Assembly (NCBI GenBank): GCA_000146045.2
Contig: BK006949.2
Span: 608,001-672,000, forward strand
Source: TPA_inf: Saccharomyces
Taxonomy: Eukaryota
Length of the DNA: 64,000 bases
Direction: 5' to 3'
The notes beneath the pieces were generated by a model. The model was not told the DNA's origin and did no database searches. It saw nothing but the letters and a program-made list of their open reading frames with translations. Each line of letters starts with the position of its first letter. The stretch's first letter is position 1. Made by a program: the position numbers and the translations under genes. This document shows positions 59,676-64,000 of the stretch, piece by piece.

Positions 59676-62600
59676 ATGGATTACCTAAAACCAGCGCAGA
59701 AGGGGAGAAGACGTGGTCTTTCCATAAACAGTCTTTCGGAGACTCAGCAATCTGCTATGAATAGTTCCCTGGACCATCTTCAGAATGACTTAAACAGGAT
59801 AAATCTTCAATGGAATAGAATACTGTCGGATAACACTAATCCCTTAGAACTAGCGCTCGCATTTTTGGATGATACATCTGTAGGTCTGGGCCACCGGTAT
59901 GAAGAATTCAATCAATTAAAGTCACAAATTGGTAGTCACTTACAAGATGTTGTTAATGAACATAGCCAAGTGTTCAACACTAATGTGGCTTCTTACGGAA
60001 AAGCAGTCAGTTCGATCATGCAGGCCCAAGAACAGACTTTAAATCTGAAAAATTGTTTAAAGGAAGCTAATGAGAAAATCACCACTGATAAAGGTTCTTT
60101 ACAGGAATTAAATGATAATAACTTGAAGTATACAAAAATGATTGATGTTTTAGTCAATATTGAGGAGTTATTACAGATACCCGAAAAAATTGAGGAGAAC
60201 ATTAGAAAGGAAAATTTCCATCAGGTGCAAATTCTCCTAGAAAGGGGTTTCATATTAATGAACAACAAATCTTTGAAGACAGTGGAGATTTTAAAGCCTA
60301 TAAACCAACAACTTGAGTTACAAGAACATTTACTTTTCAACAATCTGATTGAAGAAATTCACGACATTATGTACTCCAAATCTAACAAAACAAATTTTAC
60401 TCGAGTAACCAATAATGATATATTCAAAATCATAAGCATTTCACATAATGGATTTACGAGTTTAGAAAATTACCTGTACAACATAGTCAATATTGATATT
60501 ATGGAACACTCAAAAACGATAAACAAGAACCTTGAACAATTCATTCATGACCAATCGTTAAATAAAGGAAATATCATGCTACAAGAAAATGCTGCGACTC
60601 AAGCACCATTGGCACCATCTAGAAACCAAGAAAACGAAGGATTTAACAGAATAGGGTTCCTACTAAAAACCATAAATAACATCAATAAATTACCTGTTGC
60701 ATTCAATATAATAACAGAAAGGGCTAAAGAGGAGATTCATAATATAATTGTTAAAAGTACCGAATCAATACGTTCGAAGCACCCTTCTCTGCTTAAAATG
60801 GCTACTAGTTTAAAGAATGACAACCATTTTGGCCTACCCGTACAGGATATACTATCGATCATTTTAAGGGAATGCTTTTGGGAAATATTTTTGAAATTAC
60901 TGTATGCTATTCAGTGCCATAGGGCTATTTTTGAAATGTCAAACATTTTGCAGCCAACGTCTTCCGCAAAGCCAGCTTTCAAGTTCAATAAAATTTGGGG
61001 CAAACTGTTAGATGAAATAGAATTATTACTTGTGAGGTACATCAATGACCCTGAATTGATATCCAGCAATAACGGTAGTATTAAACCAATTAATGGCGCG
61101 ACAAATAACGCACCCACTTTACCTAAAAGGAAAAATCCTAAAATTTTTTCTTTGGAGTATAACATTGAGGACAATTCTTCTGTAAAGGATCAAGCTTTTG
61201 AACTAAAGGCTTTGTTGAAAGATATATTCCCTGGATTTTCTGTCTCCTCAAACATGGATTTAGACTCTATTTATGTAAAAGATGAATCCTTCGAACAAGA
61301 TGAGCCTCTAGTCCCTCCTTCTGTTTTCAACATGAAGGTAATTTTAGATCCGTTTTTGCTGTTTACGCAATCGACATCTACAATTGTTCCCAGTGTCTTA
61401 ACACAAAATACTATTTCATCCCTAACCTTTTTCGATGATTATATGAATAAAAGTTTTCTCCCAAAGATTCAGATGACTATGGATTATTTATTCACGGTTG
61501 AAGTAGAATCCAATAATCCGTACGCCTTAGAGCTATCCGATGAAAATCATAACATTTTTAAAACAGCATTAGATTTTCAAAGGTTATTTTACAATTTATT
61601 GAATGTTTTCAACACAGCAAACACATTTAGAGAAAAAATATCGTACTGCATTCTAGATCTTTTGAATCATTTTTATAATTACTACTTGGGGCTATTTAAT
61701 TCCTTGATTGGTACTTCTGATAGACATTTAACTAGGAAAATAATTACGGCATGGTTGCAGAATGGTATTTTGATGGATCAAGAACAAAAAATTCTGAATG
61801 GGGATGAGACACTCTTTCATGAAGAATCCATAGAGTTATTTAAGGAAATACCTCATTTCTATCAAGCGGGTAAAGGTTTGAGCAAATCTGATTTATTCAA
61901 TAACTTGACATTGGACACAATTCTGCAGTTTTCGGCAAGCGTGTTATGGATATTAAACTGGCTGCCAGGCTTAAAAAAGGCTATCAATATTGATGAAGTA
62001 AGCCAAGAACCCATGTTAGATGCTGATAGATTAAGGAGCAGCTGGACATTTTCTGAATCAATGGATTTAAACTATTCGAACCCTAGTTCCAGCCCAAATT
62101 CATTAGGAAATCTAAAAATTTTATTGGATGATAAAGCCTCCAAAAAATTTGATGAGACTATCGACGGATTCAAAACCTTGAAATTCAAACTAATCACTAT
62201 ACTGAGGTTCAACATTAGGGCCTTGTGTATATACGACATCGGGTCTTTTTTTCAAAACACCAAAATTTGGAATATGGATGTGGGTAGTATTGAATTAGAT
62301 CAAAATATAGCTTCTCTAATTTCCGAATTAAGAAGGACTGAAAGCAAATTGAAACAACAGTTACCAGAAAAGGAAAAAAACTCCATATTTATTGGTCTTG
62401 ATATAGTCAACAACTACGCCTTGATTAAGGGTGCCAAATCCATAAAAGTTTTGAACCATAACGGGATAAAGAAAATGTTGAGAAATGTAAATGTCTTACA
62501 ACATGCCTATAGAAATCTTTCTTCTGAACCATCAAAAATTAATATGAACGTCACAATGAATTTTTACTCTTTATGCGGCTCCAGTGAAGCTGAACTATTT

Positions 62601-62873
62601 GAATATATAAAAGACAATGAATTACCGCATTGTTCTGTCGAAGATTTGAAAACCATATTGAGGCTGCAGTTTAGCGAGGAAATGCATCGTCAATTGAAGA
62701 GACAAAGCACTAGCTCAACTAAGGGTTCCATAAAACCTTCCAATAAGAGGTACACTGAAGCTTTGGAGAAACTAAGTAACCTCGAAAAAGAGCAGTCGAA
62801 AGAAGGAGCCCGCACCAAGATTGGAAAACTTAAAAGCAAATTGAATGCTGTCCATACTGCAAACGAAAAATGA
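59676..62873 (+). CDS. SEC8: Sec8, exocyst complex subunit (1065 aa). The ORF extends 3 codons upstream to 59667.
   Basis: Begins [25 protein letters not shown]. 1065 aa from this ATG matches Sec8. Confidence 0.93.
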
Positions 62874-63125
62874 CATTTTTAGTTTGTGTAAAATTAATTT
62901 GATAAATAAATGAATGAAAATGATCAATAATAAGCGAATAACTATATTTTTAATTACCTTATTTTTACAATATTTTTCACTTGCACTTTTATTTTATTTT
63001 CAGCGCGCAGCTCGTCTTGTTCTGTTGAAATTCAAAGATACCTGAAGGAACATTACAACATCAATCAACACTTGAGTAGAAATATACACGATCCAATAAA
63101 ATATACTGAAGCGAAGCAATCAGAA

Positions 63126-64000
63126 ATGGATGCAATATCTGATCCAACGTTTAAGCATGCTAGATCAAGAAAACAGGTTACTGAAGAATCACCATCTTTG
63201 CTTACCGTTATTATAGAAATTGCACCAAAGTTATGGACAACTTTTGATGAGGAAGGAAATGAGAAAGGAAGTATAATAAAGGTTTTAGAGGCATTGATAG
63301 TATTTCTCAATGCTCACTTAGCGTTCAATAGCGCCAACAAAGTAGCAGTCATTGCTGCATACTCTCAGGGAATCAAATATTTATACCCAGAGAGCACATC
63401 TGCTCTAAAAGCCTCTGAATCTGAAAATAAAACCCGTAGTGATCTTAAGATTATTAACTCAGATATGTATAGACGTTTTAGAAACGTTGATGAGACGCTA
63501 GTGGAAGAAATATATAAACTATTTGAGTTAGAAAAGAAACAAATCGAACAAAATAGTCAAAGGAGCACGCTAGCAGGTGCCATGTCAGCTGGGCTGACTT
63601 ATGTAAACAGAATATCAAAAGAGTCAGTAACTACCTCATTAAAATCAAGGCTACTTGTTCTTACGTGCGGGAGTGGCAGTAGTAAAGATGAAATTTTCCA
63701 ATACATCCCTATAATGAACTGTATTTTTTCCGCAACAAAAATGAAATGTCCCATTGATGTCGTAAAGATTGGTGGTTCTAAGGAAAGCACGTTTTTACAG
63801 CAAACGACGGATGCCACAAATGGCGTTTATTTACATGTTGAATCTACAGAAGGGCTAATTCAATATTTAGCAACTGCAATGTTTATTGATCCGTCGTTAA
63901 GACCTATAATTGTTAAGCCAAACCATGGATCTGTAGATTTTAGGACATCATGCTATTTAACAGGGAGAGTTGTTGCCGTTGGATTCATCTGTTCAGTTTG
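63126..64000 (+). CDS. TFB4: Tfb4, TFIIH core subunit p34 (5' 291 codons; the CDS runs off the window end)
   Basis: The ATG at 63126 opens a reading frame that stays open to the last base. It translates MDAISDPTFKHARSRKQVTEESPSLLTVIIEIAPKLW...GSVDFRTSCYLTGRVVAVGFICSV, the vWA-like N-terminus of Tfb4. Confidence 0.9.
   Translation, partial: MDAISDPTFKHARSRKQVTEESPSLLTVIIEIAPKLWTTFDEEGNEKGSIIKVLEALIVFLNAHLAFNSANKVAVIAAYSQGIKYLYPESTSALKASESENKTRSDLKIINSDMYRRFRNVDETLVEEIYKLFELEKKQIEQNSQRSTLAGAMSAGLTYVNRISKESVTTSLKSRLLVLTCGSGSSKDEIFQYIPIMNCIFSATKMKCPIDVVKIGGSKESTFLQQTTDATNGVYLHVESTEGLIQYLATAMFIDPSLRPIIVKPNHGSVDFRTSCYLTGRVVAVGFICSV

Overview
This window is a gene-dense stretch of the right arm of Saccharomyces cerevisiae chromosome XVI, covering YPR023C (EAF3) to the 5' part of YPR056W (TFB4). 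I identified it by recognising the translated ORFs. Gene order and protein lengths agree with my recollection of the S288C reference (roughly chrXVI 608-672 kb); that is memory, not a database lookup. It contains 31 protein-coding genes, three of them annotated with N-terminally trimmed starts. It also contains one intron-containing tRNA-Phe(GAA), two spliceosomal introns (YOP1, and RPL43A with a 2-nt first exon), several known or plausible promoter elements and a few simple-sequence repeats. About 72% of the window is coding. I see no CRISPR array, no intact mobile element, no recognisable Ty LTR and no gene cluster of non-yeast character. Every large ORF is a known yeast gene. I therefore find no evidence for a previously undescribed system and report mainly regulatory and structural details. 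Coordinates of ORF ends follow the supplied ORF track. Start codons were moved to the internal ATG where the known protein is shorter than the ORF. The ORF track also calls some ORFs from TTG starts (e.g. 15476, 15690, 46632), so a leading M there is an artefact.
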